From Parcubacteria group bacterium GW2011_GWC2_48_17 (GTDB lineage: Bacteria > Patescibacteriota > Minisyncoccia > Phycocordibacterales > UBA10002), in the NCBI GenBank assembly GCA_001003605.1, contig LCPL01000005.1, forward strand, positions 1 to 63,197: DNA of 63,197 nt, in the 5' to 3' direction. This document shows, one piece after another, positions 1 to 9,196 of the stretch. How positions within the stretch are numbered: position 1 is the first letter of the stretch; the number at the start of each line of letters is the position of its first letter. The notes under the pieces were generated by a model. It saw only the letters and a program-made list of their open reading frames with translations, did not search any database and was not told the DNA's origin. Position numbers and translations under genes: made by a program.

Positions 1-102
1 GCTTCCTCACGCTCAACGCCTGTCAGACGCCGGTATTGTGTTGGGTTGTGCATACAGATATGATACTCATATCCGTTGCGTTAAATGTCTGACTCCAAGT
101 TG

Positions 103-738
103 TTATTTCACGAAAGAATAAAAATTGTTTGTTTGTGCGAGTAAATCATCAGTAGAGTTTTTTAAGTCAGGAACTAACTCCCGGAGAAGAGCGGTGGTTT
201 TGAGCGAGGTCTTCCTCACTCTTTCATCCACGGTATCTTCTTCCCAAGAAGCGTTCGAAACACCACTCGCACGCTCCTCCGGGTCGCCAACAGGAAAAAA
301 GGCGCCTCCAACTCCTACAGGACCAAAGCGGCACTCTCCCCCTTTCTTCAAGACCCGCCGTATTTCTTCAATAAATCGACTAACATCCTTTCTGTCAAAA
401 GCGGCATGCAATGGAATGCTTGCGTGAGATACCACAATGTCAAAACTTTCGTCCGCAAAAGGCAGATGATCTCCGGATCCTTGAACATACCCTTCTTTCT
501 GATACGGCGCGACTCCTTCATCGTCAATCAACTTACGATCAAGCGAAACCACCTCAATTCCTTTTTTCCGAGCCGCGGCGCCGAACTCCGCTGAACCAGC
601 ACCAATATCCAGAATTTTCTTCCCTCGCAAATCCTCCCACGAGAAACCAAGCCGGCCAAGAATAAAATCCGCTCGAGCATCTACTTGATCCTCCGGAGAT
701 TCCTCTTGAGGCATGTTGTCGGGAAAATCTTTCACCAT
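103..738 (-). CDS. class I SAM-dependent methyltransferase
   Basis: 211 aa ORF with the glycine-rich SAM-binding motif ILDIGAGSAEFG followed by the acidic strand VVSLD, typical of the Rossmann methyltransferase fold. Confidence 0.7.
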   Translation of the reverse strand: MVKDFPDNMPQEESPEDQVDARADFILGRLGFSWEDLRGKKILDIGAGSAEFGAAARKKGIEVVSLDRKLIDDEGVAPYQKEGYVQGSGDHLPFADESFDIVVSHASIPLHAAFDRKDVSRFIEEIRRVLKKGGECRFGPVGVGGAFFPVGDPEERASGVSNASWEEDTVDERVRKTSLKTTALLRELVPDLKNSTDDLLAQTNNFYSFVK

Positions 739-843
739 GAGCCGATGGCCGCTGAAAAGTTAAAAGTTATTAGTTCCGCCTACGCTTCAGTTGTTAGTTT
801 TCGAGACTTTCAACTCCAAACTCTAAACTTACAACTACTCATA

Positions 844-916
844 AGCCGATGGCCAGAATTGCACTGGCGACCTACTCCTTACCATGGAGTTGCTCTACTA
901 CCTGAGCTACATCGGC
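844..916 (-). tRNA. tRNA-Thr (anticodon GGU)
   Basis: The reverse complement folds as a cloverleaf: GCCGATG TA GCTC AGGTAGTA GAGC A ACTCC ATGGTAA GGAGT AGGTC GCCAG TGCAATT CTGGC CATCGGC T. No CCA is encoded. The T-loop reads TGC, not TTC. Confidence 0.85.
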
Positions 917-1020
917 GACAAATAGCTTTTAGGTTCTAGCTTCTAGTTGCCAGCCTTCGTTATATACTATTTTAGTTTTGCTGATTTTGCAAAACCGTGT
1001 TGGCGACGGTAAGTGCTGTA

Positions 1021-2268
1021 TTACGGAAGCGAGATGCGTACCACTGTTCCCTTCCCCAATGTTGAATCCACGGAAATCGCGCCGCCGTGTTTTTCAATAA
1101 TTTGTTTCGCGATGTAGAGGCCGACGCCGCTTTCGTTCGGGTCAAGCAGGATGGCGTTCTTTCCGCGATAAAACCGCTCAAAGAGATACGGGAGGTCATC
1201 GGGGTGGATTCCGATGCCATTGTCGGCGACTGTTATCCCCGCGCCTCGATCGTCTTTTTGAAATGTTATCTCCACCTTGCCGCTCGGCGAATATCGGATA
1301 GCATTGTCCAGCACGTTAAGGAGAGCGGCGCTTAAGAGTTTTGGGTCCGCCTGAATTGATACTGGAGCTCGCCGTACGACAGAAACCGTAACGTGTTTTC
1401 GAGAAGCGAGGTATGTAAGCTCATCAATCGCGGAGGCAATAAGCGCATCGAACTCAACAGACACTTTTTTAGGAGAGAAGCGCGCGGTCTTCATCTCCAC
1501 CGTCCGGAGCATTTCATTGACTATACCAATAGCGTCTTCGGCCTTTTTTCTGCTGTCCGATAGAATAAGTCTGCTTTCCGCTTTAATTGAGGCATCGGAT
1601 AGCAAATTCTCAAGGCCCCAGCGAAGTCCGGAAAGCGGCGTGCGAAGTTGATGCTGAGCAACTGTTAGAAAATCCGTTTTTACTTTGTCGAGTTCTATGA
1701 GTTCAGAAAATTTTCGCTTGGTTTCTTCTTTTTCGTATTTTTGCCGCAAGGTTTCTTTGACGATTGAATACATGAAATAACTGATAACTCCGAAAAGGGT
1801 GGCACGCAGGGCATGTTTAACAATCGCCGAAGGGTCCGCGAGCGAAATCGGGTCGAACGCGATGAGAGCGCCGAAAAGAGAGGTTAGTAGGATGCCGATA
1901 ATGAAAGTAGCATGCTCATCAAGGTCGGCCGCCGAAACTAGTAGAGGAAAAATGAGAAGAAAAAGAAACGGACTGTGCACTCCGCCGGTAACATAGACGA
2001 TGGCAAGAAAGAAAAACACCCATATGTACCTGCTTATGACAAAAAATACTTTACTTCCTGTTAATTCTTGCAAAGCGAAAAGTATAGAATGGAGAATGAA
2101 GAGAGCGACAATTAGAGCTACAACAGCGTTTGGATGTATCAAGAAAAGAAAATATTCATGGTACAAATATATTGACCCGCCAACCACCGCAAGCACAATA
2201 AGCCCGCTTATCTGAGTAAGATAGTACAAGCCGCGAAGTTTCCAGTTGAGAGGTTTAGTGTCAGACAT
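1021..2268 (-). CDS. membrane sensor histidine kinase
   Basis: Multi-TM N-terminus, H-box AQHQLRTPLSGL, N-box LLNVLDNAIRYSP, G-boxes DNGIGI and GVGLYIAK. I chose the ATG at 2268 (MSDTK) because the longer ORF to 2325 overlaps the upstream gene. Confidence 0.85.
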   Translation of the reverse strand: MSDTKPLNWKLRGLYYLTQISGLIVLAVVGGSIYLYHEYFLFLIHPNAVVALIVALFILHSILFALQELTGSKVFFVISRYIWVFFFLAIVYVTGGVHSPFLFLLIFPLLVSAADLDEHATFIIGILLTSLFGALIAFDPISLADPSAIVKHALRATLFGVISYFMYSIVKETLRQKYEKEETKRKFSELIELDKVKTDFLTVAQHQLRTPLSGLRWGLENLLSDASIKAESRLILSDSRKKAEDAIGIVNEMLRTVEMKTARFSPKKVSVEFDALIASAIDELTYLASRKHVTVSVVRRAPVSIQADPKLLSAALLNVLDNAIRYSPSGKVEITFQKDDRGAGITVADNGIGIHPDDLPYLFERFYRGKNAILLDPNESGVGLYIAKQIIEKHGGAISVDSTLGKGTVVRISLP

Positions 2269-2269
2269 A

Positions 2270-3340
2270 TTATTGCCCCGTGAGAAAATCAGAAACACCC
2301 GAAAGAAGCGAAACGGCGTTACCAAGCGCGTCTTTTCCTTTTGAAAAGCTTCCCATGAACTCCGCGCTTCCCTCCTCGTCGATGTACAGGAGCGCGCTCC
2401 GAAGCTGTCTTGACGATTCCAAAAATTGCGAGAGGCTACTCACTAGGTCACCAACCTTTCCTGCGTACGCCACGGGGGTGCGAGCATCGCGGAAGTCGGC
2501 TATTTTATTCTTCGCTTCGTCAAAAAGAATCTTCCCTTGACCAATATATACACTCGCGACAGAAACGATCGCTGTTACATCCCGTTTGCTGTTTATCTCG
2601 GCGATGGCGTTATCAAGCTGCTCTTTCCCCTTTTGCGCCATATCCCTATAAATCCGAAATTCGTTGAAGAATTTCTGTTTGCTTTCCTTCTCAACTTGCT
2701 CCATGAGCTGCTTCGCGCGTGCCTGTTCCAAAAGAAGCGCCACTTGTTTGTCCTCCGAGTCCTTTTTGTATTGCTCGGCCTTTTGTTTTGCTATGGCAGT
2801 TTCAGACCTGCTTTGTGAAATGGAATTCTCTTTTTCCGAAAGCGTTCCTTCGAGCGATTTCTGTTTCTGCTCGAGTTCCTGTCGTTTGCTCTGTTCGGTC
2901 TTTGCCCTTTCTTCCAGGTTGGAAATAGTTACCGCCGCTTTATGAGCCACACCCGCCGCCAAAGCTTCAGCTTCTTGCAGGAGTTTTTTCGCTTCCTCGT
3001 AATATTTGAAAGACGAATTGCTCACTGCTTCGCTTCTTGTAAGGAGCGCGCGAGCGTCTACCCATCTTTCTTCTTTAGATGCTTTGACCGCCTGCCTATA
3101 GATGTCTTCAGCAACTAAAAACCGCGCGGTTTGTGTGATAGTTGTTTCAAGTTCCTCCGTTGATTTTCCTGCTTCTTTGATTTTTCCGGCGGTCGCGAGC
3201 GCCGCTAAATAATCACCAGCTTCAAGGCGATCGCGGAGGACCTTTCTAAGCGCCCGTACGCCGTCTTCTTTTACGACAAAATATCCACCAATCGCGAGCA
3301 CACCGAGAGCAACGACACTAACGACAAATTTGAGTAACAT
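2270..3340 (-). CDS. membrane-anchored coiled-coil protein, function unknown
   Basis: 356 aa ORF with an N-terminal TM helix (LLKFVVSVVALGVLAIGGYFVV) and a long Lys/Glu/Ala-rich helical region. No recognisable catalytic motif. Confidence 0.55.
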   Translation of the reverse strand: MLLKFVVSVVALGVLAIGGYFVVKEDGVRALRKVLRDRLEAGDYLAALATAGKIKEAGKSTEELETTITQTARFLVAEDIYRQAVKASKEERWVDARALLTRSEAVSNSSFKYYEEAKKLLQEAEALAAGVAHKAAVTISNLEERAKTEQSKRQELEQKQKSLEGTLSEKENSISQSRSETAIAKQKAEQYKKDSEDKQVALLLEQARAKQLMEQVEKESKQKFFNEFRIYRDMAQKGKEQLDNAIAEINSKRDVTAIVSVASVYIGQGKILFDEAKNKIADFRDARTPVAYAGKVGDLVSSLSQFLESSRQLRSALLYIDEEGSAEFMGSFSKGKDALGNAVSLLSGVSDFLTGQ

Positions 3341-3437
3341 GCGGATAAGTATAACTCCTCTACGGCTGTTGTAAATTTAAAGAGCGACACCGCGCATGGC
3401 GTTTACCCTGCGCGTAAGCGCATGGTGTCTTATTCGT

Positions 3438-3536
3438 CCCGTTAGAAGTCTTACAAAACATGGTATGTGATGAATATATGTTTGGAGCACTTATCGTATT
3501 TTTACCACTCAAATAAACTTTCGGGCTTCTAACGGG
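3438..3536. repeat. long-range inverted repeat CCCGTTAGAAG ... CTTCTAACGGG, copy 1
   Basis: 11-nt arms about 77 nt apart. The same arms recur at 25005..25123. Confidence 0.6.
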
Positions 3537-3582
3537 ATTCGTAGCCACTCGTATCATTCGCATAATTCGTATATTCGTATGT
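3537..3582 (+). repeat. CGAATA/TTCGTA word-repeat element, partial copy
   Basis: ATTCGTAGCCACTCGTATCATTCGCATAATTCGTATATTCGTATG shares ATTCGTAGCC and AATTCGTAT words with copies at 39219, 56891, 61627 and 62323. Confidence 0.6.
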
Positions 3583-3585
3583 TTA

Positions 3586-3621
3586 TCTCACAAAAACAAA
3601 GACGGCCTTGCGGGCGTCTTT
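3586..3621 (-). terminator. rho-independent terminator of the lipoprotein gene
   Basis: Stem AAGACG/CGTCTT, followed on the minus strand by TTTGTTTTTGTG. Confidence 0.6.
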
Positions 3622-3633
3622 GGACATCTGGAA

Positions 3634-4032
3634 TTACCGTGCTGTTTGTAACCGCGCCCACAACTCCTCGACTCGAAAACCAAGCTCGGCCCATGTCGCA
3701 TCCGGTTTCAGACGAAAAATTACGACAAGTCTTTCTCGTCGCTTCTCTGTGCATAGACTACGAATAAGCGGCATTTGAAGCATCTCGTCCCACGCGGCCG
3801 TTCTGTGGAGCTTCAGAAATCCGGCCAAATGCGGACGAAGTTCTTCAACCGTGGCGCTTTCGGGAAGGTGGAAGAAATCCGTCACCTTTTTGCGTGCTTC
3901 TCCGTACTTAACGAGATACTTGCGCTTTGTTGCTGTAAGTTCCGAAAGTGAAGAAATGTTCCTATTATCGCTTTTGGTACGGTGACAGCCGAAACAGGAG
4001 ATGAACACTGCGCAGAAAAGAAATAATCTCAT
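3634..4032 (-). CDS. putative lipoprotein, function unknown
   Basis: From the internal ATG at 4032, the protein starts MRLFLFCAVFISC with a lipobox-like FISC. No homology recognised. Confidence 0.4.
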   Translation of the reverse strand: MRLFLFCAVFISCFGCHRTKSDNRNISSLSELTATKRKYLVKYGEARKKVTDFFHLPESATVEELRPHLAGFLKLHRTAAWDEMLQMPLIRSLCTEKRRERLVVIFRLKPDATWAELGFRVEELWARLQTAR

Positions 4033-4107
4033 TGGTAGCCTTTCCGTAGCCAATACTAGCAGGAACGTGGAAAAAGAAAAGAGCCGACGAGAAGAGCTAC
4101 ACTGGAC

Positions 4108-4935
4108 TTACTCCACGAGTATAAGAAGAAGCATCAAACCGAAACCGAGTACAATCGCAAAGAGCTGAATGACCGTGCGGCCAAACCCTTCTGTCTTATG
4201 AAGCTCCGGCACCAGGTCGGAACCAGCGATGTAAATGAACGCGCCGGCCGTGAATGCCGTTGCGACAGGTACGAAATTCTCCACCCCCTCGCCCAAGACA
4301 AGTACGAGCGCGACTCCTAAGAATGCCGATAAGGCCGTAAAGAAATTCCAAAGAAGCGCTTTTCCGCGCGACCAGCCAGCGTGGATGAGCAGGCCGAAGT
4401 CCGCGATCTCCTGCGGGATTTCATGAAACACCACGGCAATTGTCGTCGCGACACCAACCTCCACACTGACCAGAAAACTCGCGCCAATAATGATGCCGTC
4501 TATCGCGTTGTGCACGAAATCGGCGGATAGAATGAGCGCGCCAAGACGCTTTGGCGCATGGTCATGAAGCGTGAGTGTGTCCGCGGATTCTTCATGCACC
4601 CCATGACAGTGGTGCCAATACAGGAATTTTTCAAGCGCGAAAAATAGCAGGATGCCGGACATGAGAGCGATGCCGGTAGTAACTTTGCCTATCCCGCTCC
4701 CGAGCGCTTCGGGAATGAGGTGAATGAAGGCGTCGCCAAAAAGCGCGCCGGTCGCAAGACCCACGAACAGGAACACTATGCGCTTCAAAGCCGCCTCGCG
4801 CATCGCTATCGCGACGAGGCCGGAAAAGGAAACGAGACTCACTATCGCGACTGCTCCGATGGCGTATAAGAAAGCCATACCGAAAGGATACCCTATTTGA
4901 CGCCACTCTTCCATCGTCGGGATGTGGAATCGCAA
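4108..4935 (-). CDS. zupT: ZIP family divalent metal transporter
   Basis: 275 aa polytopic membrane protein with the ZIP signatures HNAIDGIIIG and HEIPQEIADFGLL. Confidence 0.8.
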   Translation of the reverse strand: MRFHIPTMEEWRQIGYPFGMAFLYAIGAVAIVSLVSFSGLVAIAMREAALKRIVFLFVGLATGALFGDAFIHLIPEALGSGIGKVTTGIALMSGILLFFALEKFLYWHHCHGVHEESADTLTLHDHAPKRLGALILSADFVHNAIDGIIIGASFLVSVEVGVATTIAVVFHEIPQEIADFGLLIHAGWSRGKALLWNFFTALSAFLGVALVLVLGEGVENFVPVATAFTAGAFIYIAGSDLVPELHKTEGFGRTVIQLFAIVLGFGLMLLLILVE

Positions 4936-5007
4936 AAAACCGCCGGGCGCGTTGGCGACCAGCGGCTATGTTACGACTTTCGTGTGATTATCCCTTTAAG
5001 GGGAGCG

Positions 5008-6186
5008 TTATATTGCGGCGAGCCCCCTGGAAAGGCCGGCGATAATATCCGAGACGTCCTCAAACCCAAGCGAGAGCCGGAAGAAGCTGTCTCCGATTCC
5101 GAGCGACCGCCGTACGTCGCTCGGAAGACTTTTGTGGCTCATAAGTGGGGGGTACGCGAGAATAGTCTCCGGACTCGCTAGACTCTCGGCGTAAACAATT
5201 GGACCTTCCTTTCTCGCGAAATCCACAAATGTTTTGAGTTTTTCCAGTCGTGTTTCCGTAAGTTCAAACGAGAGCACCCCGCCGTAACCGTGTCGCATCT
5301 GCCGTTTGGCGACCATGTGCCCGGGATGCGAAGGCAGACCTGGATAGAGCACCCGCTTCACCGTGTGGCTTTCGGAAAGAAACTTCGCCACGCGCATGGC
5401 GCTCTCACTCACTTGATTCCACCTTATCTGAAGCGTCTTCACCCCTTGAAGCACTCTATAGCACTCGTCGGGCGAGAGCACCGCCCCCATGGTCTTTAAC
5501 ATGAAGACCAGTCTTTCATAGAGCGACGCGTCTTTGGTGACGACCGCTCCGCCGAGAATATCGTTGTGTCCCGCAATGTATTTGCTCAAGCTGTGAATGA
5601 CGGTGTGCACGCCGTACTCAAAGGGCCGCGTGGTGCACGGCGGGGCGAAGGTTCCGTCAACGACAAACGGAATCGCTGTCTCTCGGGAAACCTTCGCCAC
5701 GAGCGCGAGGTCAATAACATGTAGGGACGGATTGGTAGGCGTCTCTACCCACAGCCATTTTGTGTTCGTTAGGATAGACTCGCGAATGCCTGCTTCTGAG
5801 CTGAAGTTGGCATAGCTTGCCGTAATGCCGAAACGATGGAGTAGTCCATCCAAGAGGCGAAACGTTCCTCCGTACACCTCCTCACAGCAGAGGACATGGT
5901 CCCCCGGCGAGAGTGTGAGCAAAAAGGCCGTTTCGGCGGCGAGGCCGGAGCCGAAGAGTACCGCCTTCCCCCCTCCTTCAAGGATTGCCAGCTTTTCCTC
6001 AAGCTTGTCGCGGGTCGGATGCTTCCCCCGGCTGTATTGGTAGGTCGCTTCCACGCCGAAGGTCGCTTGGGCGAAGGTTTTGCTGCGAACGAGGACGGGC
6101 GCTATCGCGCCGGTCGCCTCATCAGGAGCTTCTCCGGCATGCACGAGCAAGGTTGAGAATCCGGGCGAGTGTTTTGTAGTGTTCAT
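5008..6186 (-). CDS. PLP-dependent Cys/Met metabolism enzyme (cystathionine gamma-synthase, beta-lyase or methionine gamma-lyase family)
   Basis: 392 aa. The layout is conserved for this family, including the PLP-lysine region SLSKYIAGHND and the N-terminal STLLVHAG motif. Confidence 0.8.
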   Translation of the reverse strand: MNTTKHSPGFSTLLVHAGEAPDEATGAIAPVLVRSKTFAQATFGVEATYQYSRGKHPTRDKLEEKLAILEGGGKAVLFGSGLAAETAFLLTLSPGDHVLCCEEVYGGTFRLLDGLLHRFGITASYANFSSEAGIRESILTNTKWLWVETPTNPSLHVIDLALVAKVSRETAIPFVVDGTFAPPCTTRPFEYGVHTVIHSLSKYIAGHNDILGGAVVTKDASLYERLVFMLKTMGAVLSPDECYRVLQGVKTLQIRWNQVSESAMRVAKFLSESHTVKRVLYPGLPSHPGHMVAKRQMRHGYGGVLSFELTETRLEKLKTFVDFARKEGPIVYAESLASPETILAYPPLMSHKSLPSDVRRSLGIGDSFFRLSLGFEDVSDIIAGLSRGLAAI

Positions 6187-6749
6187 TTTTATGTTCTGTT
6201 TTTCTTGATGATTTGAAACGATACCCGTCGTTCCAGAAGAGCCGTGAGTCGTTCCTGTGAGGTCACACCGACCGATTCATCCTTGAAGACGCTAAAACGC
6301 GCGGTCCCGGCACGCAATATGCCGAGGCCCCGTATCATTGCCTCTCGGCTCGAAAATCGTGTCCGAGCAAAGATGGACTTTCTAAAAAGAAATGCGAACC
6401 ACATAGATTGTTGTCAACGAACACACCGCCCATAATCGGGCGGTGTATCAAGGAGATATTCCAAAAACTGAAACGTCGAGAGTCAGTTGTATCTTTCCCC
6501 GCGGGGCGGGGCTGGAATTGGCACTTTATCCTTACCAAAATGGAAGGGCAAGTTGCCGATGGAGCGTCGGGCCATAACCCTTCATATCTCCACACTCTTG
6601 ATACACTCGTGTATTTTCTGCTTCTATCTTATGCTCGCGCGTATGCAATGTCAAGCCGATTTCGTGATTTTCTTTTTCTTGACGCGCTCCTTAGTAGACG
6701 CTGTTAGAACTACTTTTGAGCGGCTCAACAAGCCCATAATGCATTCCGA

Positions 6750-7883
6750 TTATTTTCCGAAAATCTTAACATACTCTGAAAAAGAAAAGAGCCGGTTTCT
6801 TTTATGACCCGTAAGTTCCTTAAGGATACCGATACGCACAAAAGCAGAGGTAAGTGAATGTGCTGACGGTGAAGTAACTCCCAATTTTTGTGTGATTTGA
6901 CGCACATTAACAACTGGTTGTGTGTAGAGGAAACGCAATAATTCCCGGCCGATATGAGCGCGTTTTCCCAATGTCAGAATGGCCTCTTCTGCCTTCTCAC
7001 GAAGGGCAACAATCTTCTCAAACGTCATTTTACCGTTTCGGGAAGTCTCAGCGACACCGACAAGAAAGAACTTGATCCAATGTTCAAGGTCGTTTGAACT
7101 TCGTACGCGTGTAAGTGCATCATAGTATTCTCCCTTATGGCGTTCAAAAAAATCCGAAAGGTACAGCGTCGGTTTTTGTAAAACCCCTTTATTAACCAGA
7201 TACAACGTTATCATCAGGCGACCAATGCGTCCGTTACCATCCAAAAAAGGGTGGATAGTTTCAAATTGGTAATGACTTACTGCCACGCGTATGAGATGCG
7301 GCGTAGGAAGCTTTTTGTTATGCCAGAACTTCTTCAAATCCCCAAGAAGTCCGGGAACATCAGACGGATGCGGGGAAATGAACACCGCATCCTTTAGAGT
7401 AGCACCGCCAATCCAGTTTTGACTCGTTCGTATTTCTCCAGGCATTTTATGCTTCCCACGCACACCACTAAGGAGGATTTTATGAGTATGTTTAAGAAGC
7501 CTCATTGAAAGTGGGATGTTCTTGAGTTCAGTAATGGCATAATTCATCGCTTTGGTATAATTTTGGACTTCCGCCCAATCATCGCGTCGTTCTGGATTCA
7601 CTTCTTCTCTCGGGAGAAGTGCTTCATCCATTCCTGTTTTTGTACCTTCAATTCGACTTGAGGTTGTGGCTTCTTTGTATATATGCATTTGGATGAAAAA
7701 ATCAACGTCTGGCACCAATCGCGAATAGGCATTTAACTCGCCAAGATATCGGGTCGCATCTTCAAGAAGCACATTAATTTGTGGGTCATTCCATAGGTAA
7801 AGCGAATTAACCGAGGTTGGTAAAAAACTCCGATATTCGGCCTGACTTTTGTAGATTCCTGACTTATAGCTTTTTTGCAGCAT
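6750..7883 (-). CDS. Fic family protein (AMPylase-type fold)
   Basis: 377 aa with a canonical Fic motif [12 protein letters not shown] and a C-terminal winged-helix-like region. Confidence 0.85.
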   Translation of the reverse strand: MLQKSYKSGIYKSQAEYRSFLPTSVNSLYLWNDPQINVLLEDATRYLGELNAYSRLVPDVDFFIQMHIYKEATTSSRIEGTKTGMDEALLPREEVNPERRDDWAEVQNYTKAMNYAITELKNIPLSMRLLKHTHKILLSGVRGKHKMPGEIRTSQNWIGGATLKDAVFISPHPSDVPGLLGDLKKFWHNKKLPTPHLIRVAVSHYQFETIHPFLDGNGRIGRLMITLYLVNKGVLQKPTLYLSDFFERHKGEYYDALTRVRSSNDLEHWIKFFLVGVAETSRNGKMTFEKIVALREKAEEAILTLGKRAHIGRELLRFLYTQPVVNVRQITQKLGVTSPSAHSLTSAFVRIGILKELTGHKRNRLFSFSEYVKIFGK

Positions 7884-8061
7884 TGAACTTTTATTAAGAT
7901 TCTATATAGTTAAAGTTTACAGGATTACTTTAATTAAGTCAATTTATAGTAAAAGTGGGGTGTTAGTTTGCAAGTAGTGTTCGTATGTAAGAGCATACCA
8001 CAGTTCCACATCCGTAGGACCGTAATGGTTTCTACGGCTCAATTTCTTAAGCTTTTTGATG

Positions 8062-8135
8062 CGCGCCCGGCCGGATTTGAACCGGTAACCTCTTCCGTGA
8101 CAGGGAAGCGCTCCACCAGGTTGAGCTACGGGCGC
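8062..8135 (-). tRNA. tRNA-Asp (anticodon GUC)
   Basis: Reverse complement: GCGCCCG TA GCTC AACCTGGTG GAGC G CTTCC CTGTCAC GGAAG AGGTT ACCGG TTCAAAT CCGGC CGGGCGC G. Canonical D and T loops. Confidence 0.9.
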
Positions 8136-8315
8136 ACTGCTTCGCTAAAGCTACGCAGTGCAAGCATGTTATATTGCTTAAGCGTTTAAAAATGTAGCAA
8201 ATTTCAGAGCCAAACACAAACCCCTACGGAAAGCGAGGTTTGAGGAGAAATCTAGCGTTTGTAAAGTCTCTGGAGGTTAGACCTCAATAACTTTAGCAAT
8301 CTTGTGCGAACGCAA

Positions 8316-8386
8316 TGCCGGTGAATGGAGTCGCACCATTTTTTAGGGTTTATGAGTCCCTCGTTCTACTGTTGAACTACACCGGC
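8316..8386 (-). tRNA. tRNA-Met-like (anticodon CAU), elongator type, non-canonical elbow
   Basis: Reverse complement: GCCGGTG TA GTTC AACAGTA GAAC G AGGGA CTCATAA ACCCT AAAA AATGG TGCGACT CCATT CACCGGC A. The D-loop lacks GG and the T-loop reads TGC. Confidence 0.7.
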
Positions 8387-8413
8387 GTGGTTTCAATACT
8401 AATACGCCCCGTT

Positions 8414-8448
8414 AAGGAAAACAAACTGCGTCGCAGTTTGTTTTCCTT
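8414..8448. terminator. bidirectional hairpin terminator
   Basis: AAGGAAAACAAACTGCG-TC-GCAGTTTGTTTTCCTT lies between the tRNA and the DUF2283-like gene. Confidence 0.6.
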
Positions 8449-8463
8449 GCGGTATCGGTAACA

Positions 8464-8703
8464 TTATTTCACCAAAATCGGCGCGCCGAGATGTGACAGA
8501 CTGGCAATGCGCTTACGCCTTAAGTCGCGAAAAGAAGCAAAGTCAATGTCGTAAAGATTAACGCGCACCACCCTGCCCTGCCGATCATAGTCGATAACGA
8601 GATTGTCATGTATGTCAGAATCAACGCTTTTTCCGTTGCGAAGTTCTATGGAAAGCACTTTGCTTTCTTTATCATATGCGATTTTTTGTTTCTTCTTTTT
8701 CAT
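8464..8703 (-). CDS. DUF2283-like small protein (putative antitoxin)
   Basis: MKKKKQKIAYDKESKVLSIEL...VIDYDRQGRVVRVNLYD matches my recollection of DUF2283. The ATG at 8703 is preferred over the longer ORF start at 8784. Confidence 0.55.
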   Translation of the reverse strand: MKKKKQKIAYDKESKVLSIELRNGKSVDSDIHDNLVIDYDRQGRVVRVNLYDIDFASFRDLRRKRIASLSHLGAPILVK

Positions 8704-8784
8704 AAAAGCACTTTGTCTTATATAATTGCGTCGTTCGGTCGAAATGTAAACGCAAAGCCGTTTCCGCTTCTTCCTCACTAGCAA

Positions 8785-9033
8785 TTATAAATATTTTGAG
8801 ATTTTCGTGGTGTCTATAATCGTAATGATACATAACGTTTCGCCCTCCCATTCCGCGGCGAGGAGCAACAATCGTTCTTTTTTTCTTCTCGTATACAGCA
8901 TTTTGATGAGCAGTCGCCCACGAGAATCTTTCTCTATCTTTGTTGAATTCTCCAATGCAGAAGCCACCATTGCTTCCGAAACAAGTCGTTCCGACATTCG
9001 CTTTCTCGCATGTTCGGGAAGTCTAAAGCGCAT
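8785..9033 (-). CDS. DUF4258-like small protein (putative toxin)
   Basis: 82 aa. The HARKRMSER N-terminus and the hydrophobic C-terminal strand LCIITIIDT are typical of DUF4258. It is paired with a DUF2283-like gene. Confidence 0.55.
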   Translation of the reverse strand: MRFRLPEHARKRMSERLVSEAMVASALENSTKIEKDSRGRLLIKMLYTRRKKERLLLLAAEWEGETLCIITIIDTTKISKYL

Positions 9034-9132
9034 GGTATCGGCAACACTGAAATTACCAGTCGGACAAGCTTATTATACATAACGATTTACTTTACACAAA
9101 ATCTCTTGTAAACTACACAGACTTCTTCCTAA

Positions 9133-9174
9133 AAGCTACCTGTCCGCCGAAGCGTCGGCACAGGCGGGGAAGCT
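9133..9174. repeat. GC-rich hairpin element flanked by the 5-nt direct repeat AAGCT
   Basis: AAGCT-ACCTGTCCGCCGAAGCGTCGGCACAGGCGGGG-AAGCT. Related copies lie at 46974..47010 and 46794..46824. Confidence 0.6.
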
Positions 9175-9196
9175 AATAGCTAACAGCTATTATGAC

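Noticed and set aside
3579-3767. 62-aa plus-strand ORF starting right after a CGAATA-family motif, as kbl, rplT and ndk do.
   Set aside because: It reads through a terminator hairpin belonging to the convergent lipoprotein gene and overlaps that gene. There are no protein features.
6375-6392. AGAAAGTCCATC on the minus strand resembling RNase P CR-I (GAGGAAAGUCC).
   Set aside because: It is an isolated match. None of the other RNase P conserved regions follow, and it sits in the leader of the PLP-enzyme gene.
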